Of a stretch of 64,000 bases of DNA, positions 39,804-52,950 are shown piece by piece. Position 1 is the first letter of the stretch, and the number at the start of each line of letters is the position of its first letter. Source of the DNA: Felis catus (lineage: Eukaryota); the NCBI RefSeq assembly GCF_018350175.1, contig NC_058369.1, positions 23,624,001 to 23,688,000 of the forward strand, given 5' to 3'. The notes beneath the pieces are model-generated. The model had not been told where the DNA came from, ran no database searches, and saw only the letters and a program-made list of their open reading frames with translations. Both the position numbers and the translations under genes were made by a program.

Positions 39804-42244
39804 ACGATAACTCCATGTTTTTAAGAACAGCGCTTTACTGATATCTGCCAGAAAACAGACATAATAAATATCTAAATCCACAATATTTGTGATATAAATG
39901 ACATCTCTTACAAGTGGAACTTTTGTGCAGTACACAACCTACACAGCCATACATAGTGACCCTATAAGAAAAATCATATAGTTCTAGGGGAAAAGCACTG
40001 ATGTGGGTGCTGGTTCCAGATCTGACCTAATTTTCTGTGTGACTTTGGAGTTCTGAATTGACCTATGCTAATCATGCTGAAATATTAGATTTTTGGCAGA
40101 ATGCTGCCATTGATGAAATGTGAGTGAGTGTTAGCCCTATCCCACAATCTTACCACAGAAAACAAATTTCAGCTTAAATCTGCCCCACTGGAAGATCTTT
40201 ATTAAAAAGAATTAATTGGTGAGGGTGCACAAAACAGTTCACGTAGTCTATACTATAAGGTTGATGAAATCCCAGCTCTGTGACTTTTCAGGCACAATGA
40301 TCAAAGCTTGCATGAAAGGTTGACTCAAAGCAGATGTCCCAATTGCCTAGGGTCCAGTTTGTGCTATCTGTTATAGTCAGCCTCAGACAAACAGTGATCT
40401 GTGTACCAGTGGATGGGCGGTCTCACGTAAGGTTATGCCTCATGGTCCACCCCCATTTGGGCTGCAGGTGGGTTTTTACAACTTGTTTAATGTGAGAATA
40501 AGAAGTTGTCCCTAGTATATTACAACCAATCCACATATATTGACTATACTAATTTCACCCGTGAGAACCCATTTCTAACACTTGTCATGCTAATGGACAA
40601 GCCACTCATTTCACCAAGTCAAATCCATCTCTCGAACTCCTTATGCAAATCTCCAGAGCCCATGGTATGGGTAGAGGAGATAAAGACAGACAAATGGGTT
40701 TTCTGATCAGAATCCTGGTTCACAAATCCCGGAGTAGGAATTCCATCTAGGGAATTGGCTGCCTGAGGGTATTACAGCTAATAGCACACTCTTAAGATCC
40801 CACCACCTAATGAGTATTGTAAAATACAGACATCCCCATCATGAGAACATCACCTAACATGCCTTGCCTGTTTCCTCAGTCATTCAGTCCACCTCATTAA
40901 ACACACACTGGGAGAGAGGCTTGAGATCATTCTGCCCTAAGGAGCTCAAAAGTCTAGATCTTAGAAGGCAAGTAAATACCATTTCCTGTTGCCAACCCAT
41001 TGGTAGGAGCTATTTAGAGTAGTGTCTCAAGAAGAATCCAAGCTCAGCAAGAAAAGATATTTAGGGTTAACTGATAATATCTGCCGTGGCATGAAATGAA
41101 AAATGGCCGTACATATTTATGTGCTATTCCCACACTAGACATTCCATAATGAAAAGACAGTCTTACCAACCTCCTCAGATATTTAAAATAATAAAGTGGA
41201 TTAATTAATTGTAGAACTACATTGAAAAACGTCTTAAAACACTGCCAATTTGAGGCATCATTACTACCAGAAGTAGCTGCCAACTCAAGCAGAAAGATGG
41301 TATCACATGCCCATCTTTGGGGAGTCAAACACACCAGGGATGAAGAGAGAGAAGTGTAGCAAGCTTTACTTATGGCAATTTCCTGTAAAGAAAGGTCAGT
41401 ACGAACCAGGCTATGCCAACATGGCTCCCATTTAGCTTTTCTGAAAAAACCAAGAAAGGATCCAGTGGGCAAGAGCCCTGGCCATGCTCAAGACACCCAT
41501 TCTGCAGTGAAAGCACACTGTGGACTTGGGCACCGGTGATCTGAATCAAAGCTTAGCGGCACAAGCTCCCCACAAAACTGCAAACCCCCTTTGGAACAAG
41601 GGCAGCATTTTACAGATGCATGGCCAGTTCCGGTGGCCCTGCTAAAACACAGCACAGGCATCCCCAAAAATCACCACACCATGCAACGTTTTATAATAAA
41701 AACCACAGGAGAAAAAGGTGTTGGAACACAATGCTCAAAATCTTCATTGGGGACACATATTTTTTAAAGAGAGGAACCTCATAAAATTGGTAGCACCTTT
41801 TGTACAGCGTGTTCAACAGCTGAGAAATACATGGTATTACAATAAATATGGCAGTTTACCTGGAAAAGACCTGGCATTTCCGTGTGGGAAGTGGGCGTGG
41901 GAAGAAGGCTTGCAGCTTGCAAGTGGTCGTTGTGCAGTAGAGGACGGAGGTTGTCTGAAGTTGGACCGACAGTTGTGGTTCACAAGACACATGCTGACCT
42001 GAGGTGGATGGTGAACGTTTGAGGTGCATCCACTTGTGTGTTCCTCCATGTCTTTGCTCAGCTTCCGGAGTTCGCCAAGTGTTTATCCTGGACATGATTC
42101 AACACACCCACATGTTAAATCTGTGTCCTGCTCAAATTGTTGCTAATACATCAATCTTACTGGAGCAAATGTGAATTTCTAAAACAAGCGTCATCATAGA
42201 GCTGACTGTATACAAGGCTAGCCTAGAGCACAAAGGGACTAATT

Positions 42245-42470
42245 AGTCATAGTTGTCACTTATCGAGAACTTAGTGAGCTCTTACGAAAATTTTCTTAGT
42301 CAAGCATCACAGCCAACTCACAAAAATGGTCATATTTACAAATGAGGAAACCTGGGGCTTAGAAATTAAAATATTTGCCCAAATTATTCATGCTGTAAGT
42401 GGTAAAGACAAGATTTGAACCAAGTTGGCAGGAATGCAATGCCCATGTTCTTCACTGTGTCTGTTACTGC
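42245..42470 (-). mobile_element. MIR
   Basis: catatttacaaatgaggaaac...tttgcccaa...gtaagtggtaaagacaagatttgaacc. Confidence 0.8.
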
Positions 42471-43099
42471 CTCCCCAAGAGATTATTACGTGTGAGGATA
42501 ATATACCTACTCATTGACTCATCCAGTGATTGTGTAGGTCTCCTTTTTATACCTTAGCACACCAGCTACCACAAAATTGTGCTGTAGCAATCTATCTCAA
42601 ATGATAGAAAGAAAGATCAAATTAGGAACTAGGAATTGGGACTAGGTTGTTATCTAAGCCCCTGGCCCCACCCCAGACGATGGCTGATCTAGTTCAGCAT
42701 GTGGCTGATGCCAACATCTCCCAAGGACACCACTGCAATTGTATGGAGACCAGCAAGAGCACCACAAAACCATGGGACAACCTCAGACCACACAGGACTG
42801 TCTCCAACAGTGGCACCTTGGGGTAGCAGAAGCTAACTGCAGATGGGGCTGTGCAGGACAGAAACGAGCATTTACCTGCAGAAAACTTACTAACATCGCT
42901 GGCTCCATATTTGATGCTCCCATCAAAGGTTTCAAGATACCTAGCTCAAAATTATACAATGAATGGTATTGATGTCACTTTGGCGAGTTATCTTGGGATT
43001 TGGAAATTTCTACTAATCAAACAAGTCACCATCAAATAGTGTCTTATAGAAACTGCAAAGGCGTGGGGCCTGTTGATAGGTCTATTCAGAAGGCAGATG

Positions 43100-43300
43100 C
43101 GCCTCTGTATGTTGGCTATGTCCCTTCACAGCTGTGACATCTTGGGCAAATGATCTGGCTTCTCCATACCTCACCGCCTCATCTGCAAAACTGAGATAAA
43201 GGAGTGCACGCAACAGCAAGGTAGTAATGATTCAACAGTAACTATAAAACTCTTAAATCAAGGGCTTAACAGATGGCAGTAGCTTCTGCATCAGCCATAT
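43100..43300 (+). mobile_element. MIR
   Basis: gctgtgacatcttgggcaaatga...cctcatctgcaaaactgagataa. Confidence 0.7.
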
Positions 43301-44029
43301 TCCTCATTGCTATTATGATCATATCTTCAGCCCAAAGGGCCGGATACAGCCAAAGAGGGATCCAAGGCCATCTTGCATGGGGTTGTCGTCAGAACTTCCC
43401 ATGCAAATAAGAAATCAAATAAAGCCTGTCCACGGAGGAGGAAATAGAGAATTTCCATTGGTATAAAAATACTCACTTTAAAATGTGGTCCCATCCTTTT
43501 CATTGGTGCTTGCTTTCTGAAAACCCGCACTCTACTTCCTCAACTTTGACAAAACCAAGTGCCACCCAAACACAGAGAGCCAATTCCAAAATGACTCAAA
43601 GAACCACGGGAATCAGAAAAAATCAGTTAGCTGCAGTCTTGAAAAAACTTTAAGGCAGCAATTATGGCCTGTTCAGTCATATCCTGTCCCTTGTATTATA
43701 AAAAAAAAAAAAAGTACTTTGAGGGGACTAAGGAGCTATGGTTTGCAATGAAGTAAATCCAGTATTACTCATCTAGACCAAGACAACTGTTCCCAAGTGT
43801 ACATATTTTTTAACATAAAAGGGTATACAGAATCAAACTCATCATCTCCAAGGTATATAACAGATTTCCCCATCAGGTTGTTGTAAATCAGGTACCAAAT
43901 TCAAGAGAAGAAACACAGACCTAAGAAGATATCCTCGGTGAAGAAGACTGCCTCACCCTCCTGAGGAATCCTGCTACTTTCCAGGATGCTTCCAGGTATT
44001 CCATCCTGAGGAATACCTTGCTAATAGCA

Positions 44030-44460
44030 GCAGCAGCTTCCTTTCTGCATGTGAGGAGCTACCCTTCCCCTACTTAAGTCAACCTACTATTACCTGAGAC
44101 AAGACCAATTATATCTCATTCTCCAGATCAGAGTGACTGGCTGGGGGATCGGCCCCAAATCCAATCAGTGGGACCCAATCAGGCCTCAGTCAGCATAGCT
44201 GGGACAGAGATCAGAAGTCTTCTCCCCACTCCATTGGAAGCAGAAGGATAGAGATAATGATTCTCCAGCTACTTTGTCACTAGGGGAGGCAATCCCTTCT
44301 GAGAACGGACCTCTGTCAGAGGGCAGGAGATGAAGAGAGGAGAAACGCGGGATCCTGGTGGCAGCATTAGAATATGTATATCTATCCATGCCTGTAGCTG
44401 TACATTCTCATGGAACACATCTACATGTGCCATTGAATTTGCTTCTCATTTGCACCCAAA
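44030..44460 (+). mobile_element. Old MaLR LTR (MLT1K/L-like)
   Basis: gagtgactggc...ccaatcag...atccatgcctg pattern; strongly diverged. Confidence 0.5.
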
Positions 44461-45169
44461 CTTTGACCAGGTCCGCCTCCCTCTGCTAGAGTTTCCTATG
44501 TGGAGTGCCTTCATTATTCCTCCTCATCTGTGTTAAATCTAAACCTCCTTTAAAGCCAAGAATCCTCTCTCAGCAAAGTCTCCCCTGACCACTCCAGCCC
44601 TGGCCACGGCTCCCTCCTCTGAGCTGCCAAGCACTGGCCACTGGATCCATTTGCTACAACACGACACACCAGAAGTCAGGCTGGATATGCACCGTTTGTC
44701 CCCAGTTATGCTGGAAGGATATCAGGGGCCCACGAAGCCCCTCATGGAGCCTGGCTTACTCAGTTCCTTACACATAGGAATTCTCAGAAAGTATTTAGTT
44801 GACTAATGAAGCTAATAAAAATGAGTTTCTGTAACCCAGAGTGTGACAGTTAATAAAAGCAATATTTTCTTATCATGCGAATGGAAAAGATCAGAGTAAT
44901 CTTTTCGTTTTACAGATTCCATACCCTTTATCATTTTTATCAAGAACCACCACCGTGGCAGTGCCAACCGTGATAAACAGGTAATTTTTTTGTGCTTATG
45001 GTAAGTCCATTTCATAATATTTTATTCCATCTTTGCCACAAACTCATGAGCTTATCCCATTAGCCCCACTCTATAAATGAGAAAGCCAAGACTCAGAGAC
45101 ACAAGGGGACTTGTGCGAGGTCAAGGTTAACCAGCAACAGAGCCAGGATCTGAACCCCGGCAACCCACC

Positions 45170-45278
45170 CCAAGGTGTTTGCAATCTGCACTGAAAGAAC
45201 TTGAAAATCACAACCCCCCCCCCCACTAGTGTGTGCTGTGACTATACCTGCAAGTCATGGTTGATGTATCTCACTAAA
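45170..45278 (+). repeat. Copy 1 of a ~107 bp local direct duplication
   Basis: Aligns by eye with 46778-46883. Confidence 0.9.
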
Positions 45279-45374
45279 CGCTTCTTGGATAAATCCTTCA
45301 TAATTCCCAATAATGATATCACAATAATTTTTATCAGTTGTATGGAATCATCCTTTAAAACACTCTAAGATGTT

Positions 45375-45590
45375 GGGGCGCCTGGGTGGCGCAGTCGGTT
45401 GAGCGTCCGACTTCAGCCAGGTCACGATTTCGCGGTCCGTGAGTTCGAGCCCCGCGTCAGGCTCTGGGCTGATGGCTCAGAGCCTGGAGCCTGTTTCCGA
45501 TTCTGTGTCTCCCTCTCTCTCTGCCCCTCCCCCGTTCATGCTCTGTCTCTCTCTGTCCCAAAAATAAATAAACGTTGAAAAAAAAAATTT
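45375..45590 (+). mobile_element. Young SINEC_Fc copy
   Basis: Near-consensus, CpG-rich; identical flanks tttaaaacactctaagatg (45354-45372, 45588-45606). Confidence 0.97.
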
Positions 45591-46777
45591 AAAACACTCT
45601 AAGATGATAGAGATTCAGGCTAATTTTAAGCTAACTCCTAGTACAGGGCTGCATCGATAAGGGCAATGATGACTCTCACATAAATGGCCACTGTACTAAT
45701 GTCCTAGCCATTGTTTTCACATGTGCTGCACAGGGCATGTATTAAACCCAGGGTCCAATGATAAAGATGAGAGGCCTCCTTTATAACACAATTGTCTTTT
45801 GAAACAAAACCCAATAGGTATCTAATAAAGCCAGGCTTAATGTTCTCTGTAAAGATGTGCCCTGAGATTAGACACAGGAACTGCAGAACCCCATAACAAG
45901 GGGATGAGATGGAATCGGTACTGGTTTAGGGACAGCCGTCACTGAGGCCAGATCTTGGAGCTGCAGCATCCCCGCTGGTGTGGACCACTCAACACATTTG
46001 CCTAATTATGGATAGAGCCCCTGAGGCTAACAGCACTGAGTCTGCAGTTTAGATTTAAAACTCCAAGCATAGCCCAGGGGAGTTGCATACTCACTCAGCT
46101 TCAGAGACTCCCAGTAGGATGGCTCAGCAGAATATGTTTTTTGTTTTGTTTCATTTCCTCCATTCTTTTTAAAACTTAAAAAAAAATAAAGCTATGGTTT
46201 CTGTTGGCTTGCTAGTGGGTACATGCCCTGGGGTCATGAAAGGTTGAGATGGCTGTCTGTGTGCCTGGTCTCAGCTCTACACCTGACAGGGTATGAAGAA
46301 AAGGAGAAGAGCAGAGGGAAGGAATCATTGAAGCGAGCAGGATTCTAGCATTTAAACGTGTATTTCATAAAGACTAGTGTCTAAATGCAAGCCAAGTCTT
46401 TATCCAGTACTCAAAAAAACAACAAAAAAAAAAACAGTCCTCTGCCCAACATGGAAGGTAACGATGACTGTTGTTTATTTTTGCCTTACACACTTCCTTT
46501 AGGACCTAACTGTTGTATCAAATATGACTCATTTGTGTAGAAAACATGTCAATATTTGGCAAAGAGGAGGCGGCTCCCATGACAGCCCACTATCTTCTGG
46601 CTCTCCATATGTCCAGCACCTCACCTCTTGACCATTCACCCATCCTCTATGCTGTTGGACTTATCCGCAGGTGGAGAGAGTTCTTCAAAGAAGGAAATAG
46701 ATCATCTTGAATTTCCTAAAACTCAAGTTCCCCAGAACCAGATAATCACTTGGCTCATGGAATGAAGGAGTAGAACT

Positions 46778-46883
46778 CCAAGGTGTTTGCAATCTGCACT
46801 GCACAAACCTGAAAATCACAGCCTCCCCACTAATGTGTGCTGTGACTTTCCCCTGCAAGTCGTGGTTGATGTATCTCACTAAA
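46778..46883 (+). repeat. Copy 2 of a ~107 bp local direct duplication
   Basis: Aligns by eye with 45170-45278. Confidence 0.9.
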
Positions 46884-47379
46884 GCGGACAGGAGAATGAC
46901 CTGGGTGACCAATAGAGCCATACTCAAGAGTCTGAGATTCAGTTCCTATAAAAATGTCTACTGTAAGAATTCTGTCACTGGCTCATCCAAAATTTCCACA
47001 AACAACCCTATAGGGACCCTAAAGACTTCCCCACACATTGTTCTCTCTGACATTATCTTCAAAGGTTTATGGGTATTCATAAAATATCATTTCACAGAAA
47101 TACACAAGAACACACAAACTCACATACGTGGAGAAGACAAGCACATTTATAAAACGCTAAGACAGGATATCTCCAAGTTAAAGGATTATGGATGATTTTT
47201 GCTTCCTTTTATGGTGCTTTTCTCCCCCCCTCCCCCAACTTTTAAACTATGTTTCACATTTGTAATTTTGAAAAATAAGTTCTTTACTTAAGGCATGTAA
47301 TGATAAAACAATGACGAAATTTATTAGACATTTATTAATACAGACCTTGGGTAATAATGGCACTGCTTAACTTTAAAAT

Positions 47380-47594
47380 TACACACATACGTATATATAC
47401 ATACGCATATATACATATATGTGTATGTGTATATATTACATAAGTGATAAGTGAAATATACATACACACATATGTACATACACATATACTATATACATGT
47501 GTATACATAGTATATATGTATATACACATGTGTGTATATATTACACAAGTGATAAACTACATTTATCTATTTATATATAGACAGTGTACATATA

Positions 47595-47637
<43 letters not shown>
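47380..47637. repeat. (TA/CA)-rich low-complexity tract ending in (CA)n
   Basis: Alternating purine-pyrimidine tract; perfect CA run at 47598-47637. Confidence 0.93.
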
Positions 47638-47639
<2 letters not shown>

Positions 47640-47974
47640 CAGCTCATAGGATTAAAGAAAAAGCTGACCAACAAGGCCTTGGAAGTCCAAGAATTGGGGT
47701 CTCTTGGGGATCCAGGCAGAAACCAATTAAGACTTCAGTCACTTTCAGTCCATGAGTCTCTTGGCTCTAGCATCAAATCCCAGGAGAGACAATTTATGGG
47801 TCTATCTTAGACCACGTGTTCACTTTCTTCTCTGTTAAGGAAAGGTCACCTAAATTGACAATCCCAGCATGACTTCATGTGGTAGGGGAGGAGGAGCTCC
47901 ATGAAGGAAAATGAGATGCTATTTCTTTGCTATGGAAGCAAAGAAGTACAAGTCACCAACATCCACCATGATGA

Positions 47975-48215
47975 AGACATTGAATATCTATTGGGTACAT
48001 AGTAGGTACTATACACCCAGCTAAATACACTCTTGACATAGATTTGCCCCACTTAATAATAATAGGTAGACTCCATGATTATTCTCAACTTATACCTGAG
48101 GACAACGAAGTTGAAAAAAGATTACATAGCTTATTTATGTAACACAGGTGAGTGGGAGGGTGGAGATTAGCCCCAATCCACTGGACCCTAAATCCCACAC
48201 TCTTAACCACTATAC
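47975..48215 (-). mobile_element. MIR
   Basis: ttgaatatcta...gaggacaacgaag...acaggtgagtgggagg...actcttaaccactatac. Confidence 0.65.
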
Positions 48216-50244
48216 ATACAACCCAGCCCAACCTCCCCATCATTGCCCTATTATCTTTGCTACGTGTTCTGCTCCTTCTTCGATCCATGGACTACGTGAT
48301 TATCTGGAGTCTGGGGAATTTAAGTTGGAATGTCAAAGAGACTGGGCATAGTCAGGTCAAATACCACCACCCACCATGCCTCATTAAATAGCTACCCTTT
48401 GAAGGCACAGATAATACCATTCGATGTGGTAGGAGCTAAACACAGCCACATCCAGAGATGCATGTTAAAAAGGCACAAAGAAATAGTCACAGGAATAATA
48501 CCAGATTTCATCTCTATTCTGTTATCAAAAAGAGAGTAAGGCCAAGAAATGTAAGTGCCAGAGTCCACGGAAAACCTAAAAACACGTCTCTCTGAGTGCT
48601 TCTCCTTCTGGGTCTGGACTGGGTGTATTTCATGGAAAGACAATCTGTCTGTTTCTAATCCACTTACATTTAATTTATTAAGACGTTTTGGGCCAGAGTT
48701 ATTTGAGTCCCAAAAAGCATTATGGGTCTATTTTACAAGACTTTAAAAAATCTATTTCCTTTGAACAAAGAAGTTCTATTTGCCTCAAGTGGTTTGACCA
48801 AAACCTCAAAAAAAGTAAAATTGCTTCTAAATTCGGAACTAAAGATACTTAAGCCCATTCTAAACTCCATAAACACTCTTGTCTCAGGCACTTGAACACA
48901 CTCAGGCTGTCTAACCACATGGGGGTCAGCTGGACCCCTCAAATGCTGACCACCAAACAAACATGAAATAGCATGATCTGAAAGGGGTTTAAAGATAAAA
49001 GGCAGAGGAACTGGCCACTCACTAGCTTCATGGTCTCCACTCATCCATTTCCCGTCTCTGGGCCTTGGCGTTCCCTTCTCTTAAACAGAAACAGTGTTTA
49101 TGTTCTTAGTCCACAGGGTGTCCAAGGATCAAGAGCTAGAATATATGGAAAGGCTTCACCACATACATCACCACCATTACAAACTCTACAATAAGAAAGT
49201 AGAAATAGTCAAATTGCGATGGCTAGCGGCTTAACCAAAACTAAGAAGATGAATTTTCCAAGTTCATAGTAAAGATTGGCCATGCCAAAATGGCTCAAAG
49301 ATCTCCATTTACAGATGTCAGCAAAACTCAACTCTCAGGGTGTAGCCCGTGTGCCCATCACTATGGCAATGGGTTGACATGAGAGCATGCGTTTGTGTGT
49401 TCAAGAGTCTAAAATAGTCACAGCATAAATTGTGAACAAATTATCCAAATAAATCTGACTCCTGCCCCTCAAGCCCAGCAATAAATATGTGTTAGGCAAA
49501 GCTTACACAAAACCTTTCCTTGAATCTGATCATGATGTAATTTTTATTGCAGGCTCAAATAGGGAAGGTTAATGATAGAGCAAATGTGAAGGGAAAGAAG
49601 CTAATTTGGGTGAAACATTAGCTTGTTCAACTTTCAGACCACAGCAGAAAATATGACGGTTAATTTCGCGTCTTTGTGCGGAGCAATGCACAGAACGGTA
49701 ATGGTTTGAAAATGAACTAGCAAATGAAGAATTAAGTCTTCCAAATACTCAGAAACAATTTGTTCATTTTATTAAAAATGTATAGCAACATATATTATTC
49801 ACTGACTGAAGTGACATATTTTCCCGTCAGGAAAACCAAATTGCAAGAATTACATTTGTTTCCCAATGTATTCTATGGGAAGGTGCCAAAATGCAAGCTT
49901 ATGGGTAGGAAACTTCATATCCAGAGTAGATTTTCCACATGTCACACTGCTAGTTGAAAGCAGCTCCCCAAAGAGGCAGTGTCTGGTCCTGGGGATCACT
50001 AAGGGCCACAGGAATGCCAAATGGGGATATTTATTGGGAAGATTCTCCCTCGTCAACTTGTCTGAAGTTTTATCGTTTTCAACTGATCTGAAACTGAGAC
50101 CAGCTGGTGAGGGCAGAGCAGTCAATGATATTTATTCTGAAGAGTTGGAATGAAGATAAGCAAAGGTAAACCAGGAATTCCTTCCTCTAGCAGCCTCAGA
50201 GAGCTAAGAGAAAGCATCTCCCCTTCCAGTCAGCGCTCTAAACT

Positions 50245-50448
50245 GGGCTAGTGGGCTTTCTCTTAGAAGGTTGGATAATTAGTATTTTTGTTTATATGGG
50301 CCAAGAACCAGATAGAGGATATTATATAGTTACCTAACAACCATTTTAAATGGAATCATTCAAAATACAAAACCACTCTTAATTTGCAGGGCATACAAAA
50401 ACAGACACCAGACCAAATTTAGCCCACGGGCCGTAGTTTGCAGACCTC
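50245..50448 (-). mobile_element. MER58-family hAT MITE
   Basis: catacaaaaacagac...aatttagcccacgggccgtagtttgcagacc terminus. Confidence 0.75.
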
Positions 50449-52669
50449 AAAGTACAAGTCAATATGCATGTTTTGTTAAAATCTGAACTTCTAAGGCAAC
50501 TTTATATGATAGCGTAATGTTTTGAAGTAGTGAATTATTCTTTTTCTTTCCTCCCCACTGTTCCCTCAGCCTTTTCTCTATTCAGTTAAGGCCACCCTGA
50601 GTTCATTGCCTCAGGACAAGGTAAGAAATAAACAAGAATTTCTTCCTGGCTTTTGAAGTCTGAACACCTTTCTTAAGTTCTCCCCAGCATGGAGAGATGA
50701 GGGAGAGAAAGACCCTTGTTTAATAATAGATGTGGAAGGTGAGATGATGGACCCCCAGTGGCAAAGCTCCCTACCTGAGCACAATGAGCGGCCTCAGCAG
50801 GTAGATGGGGGGAGGGGGACAAGCCCAAACACTGGTGCTTGAACATGTGGCTGGCAGCGCCTTGTTACAAAGGGCAGCAAGCACCAGTGTTTCCATTCCA
50901 TCCCTGGCTGAGGGCCAGCAGAGGGACGAGAAATTTCAGATCCCCCTGGCTGATGCATAGCATCTGAGAACAGATGAATCCTGGGCCCCAGATATTGAGT
51001 AGAGGCCCAGAAAAATAACAGGACATCAGAGAAAAGGTGACTTCTCGGTGGGTTGAGCAAATCAAGCCTAAGACCACCTCACAGAATGCCCTCCATCCCA
51101 GATGGACACAGTAACGGCAGAAAGATCCCCCACCCTTGGAGAGTAGCCCTCTCCAAGGGCTCACCCTTCGAGAGACACAGGGCCAGTGGCTGGAGGAGAA
51201 AGAGCTGGGTGGGAAGGGACCTCGAACCTGGAAATGGGGTGACTCAGCAGCAAGCTCTAAGGATGCAGACCAACACTCAGATCGTGGATGAGGGACACAA
51301 CCTTGGGTGCCAGCATGCCAGTGGGAGGGTGGTAATTGAAGACCAGAAGATGGGGCAGCACCTGTAGATGCCAGCACAGAGACGTGTCAAAGGAGAGACC
51401 ATATGGGACTACCCATGCCTTGCCCTCCACTGCCCCCCAAAATCTGGCATAGCTCCAAAGGGAGAAGCTGATGCTTCTCCAAACAGAAGTGACTTGACTC
51501 AGAAACTGAGGATGGGTGATGGTTGTCTACAGCCATACAGCTTACCTACCCGAGTTTGAGGACTGGGATTCCTAATCTCTAAAGTGAAAAAAGCAATGGT
51601 CTGAAATGAGATCCAGCTCTGTTACTAACTGTATTTTTGATAAACTGTGGCCCTACTGAGCCCTGGTTTTCTGACGTGATGAAAAGAAATTGTCCAGATA
51701 ATGGATGTCAAAGAGGTTTCTGCTTTGTGAGCCACAATCGATAAAATGGTAGCTGTTAATTAGCACATTGAGCTGAAGCGGCTTCCAGGGTTGTATGTGG
51801 GTTTTTCATGAAAGGGCACCATCATCCATTACTGATGCTTCCCATGGGTATGGAAGGAAGAGGAAAGGATAGTGGCAGACACAACACATCTGTCCTAGTC
51901 CTGGGCAGCAGCTACATGATCTCCAAGGTGCTTTCTAATTCAGAAAGTCAGCAGTTTTTCCAAATGCCTGACACCCAGGAGTTGTTCCAGAAATTTTTCT
52001 TGAGAAATATTTTCAGAGAGCCCAGGCAGCCTTGGCAAAAACCGGGGTCAGATAGGTGAAGGTGCGGGCCCTGGCACAGCGGGGAGACCCAGCAGACCTG
52101 CACGCTTGCTTCTCCATGCCAAAACTCATAGCGCACTGGGATGAGGACAAGACACAGAGTCTATTTCTTTAAAGCTGTGAGTCACCTGGCTTCTCTGCGC
52201 CTCACTGTGCTTCTGTGACACTCAGCCCCAGAGAGTGTCAGAAGGATCAGAAGACGGGGAACACACCCATCACACAGCAGGCACTCGATAATTGCCCATC
52301 TCCCTCCGTCTTGCACTGGGGATTGCATTTGCCAACAAAATGGCAGTCTACAGGAAAATCTTTTCTCTCCGAGTATGAAAATCGCTTGTCCACAGAAAAA
52401 TTCTTTTTAGGCTTTTGAAGTACAGAAAGTTCACAATATTTTTTTTTTTTGAGTTTGTTTTGACTCTCGCTTCAGAATTACATAGGGAGCTTTCTAGGAA
52501 AGCCAATTGCCAGACTGGTAGCCGATTGCTGCCTTAGACCTAAAGAATCAGAATCTTTGGGTGTGGGGCCTGGGAGACCATACGTTACCTCGATTCTGAC
52601 AACCACTAGTATGCAAGACCATCATTTCAAAAGGAGGTACTTATAACCTCTCCCTACCCCCCAAACTAC

Positions 52670-52950
52670 AAGGTTCATCCTCTCCACCTCCTCAGGGAGT
52701 CTTCCCTGAACACCCTATTTAACACAGCAGTCCTACCCCTACCCAGGCTTCCGTATCCCCCTCTCTCATTTTACTTCCATAACACTTACTTACCATTTAT
52801 CTTGCCATCCATGTATTTTCCTTATCTGTTTGTCCCATCCCACCCCATCCTGAATGTCAGCTACACAAAGGCAGGCCTCTTTTTGTTCACTGCCACATCC
52901 CCCAGGGCTGAGAACAGCAGCTGGCACACAGTGGACACTCAGTAAATACT
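52670..52950 (+). mobile_element. L2 3' fragment
   Basis: cacctcctcagggagtcttccctga...ttgttcactgcc...ctggcacacagtggacactcagtaaata. Confidence 0.78.

Noticed and set aside
46635..46809. Minus-strand exon-like segment starting in duplication copy 2 as a coding exon
   Set aside because: Stop codons in all three frames.
50794..51559. Cluster of ORFs up to 170 aa
   Set aside because: No recognisable protein and no convincing splice boundaries.
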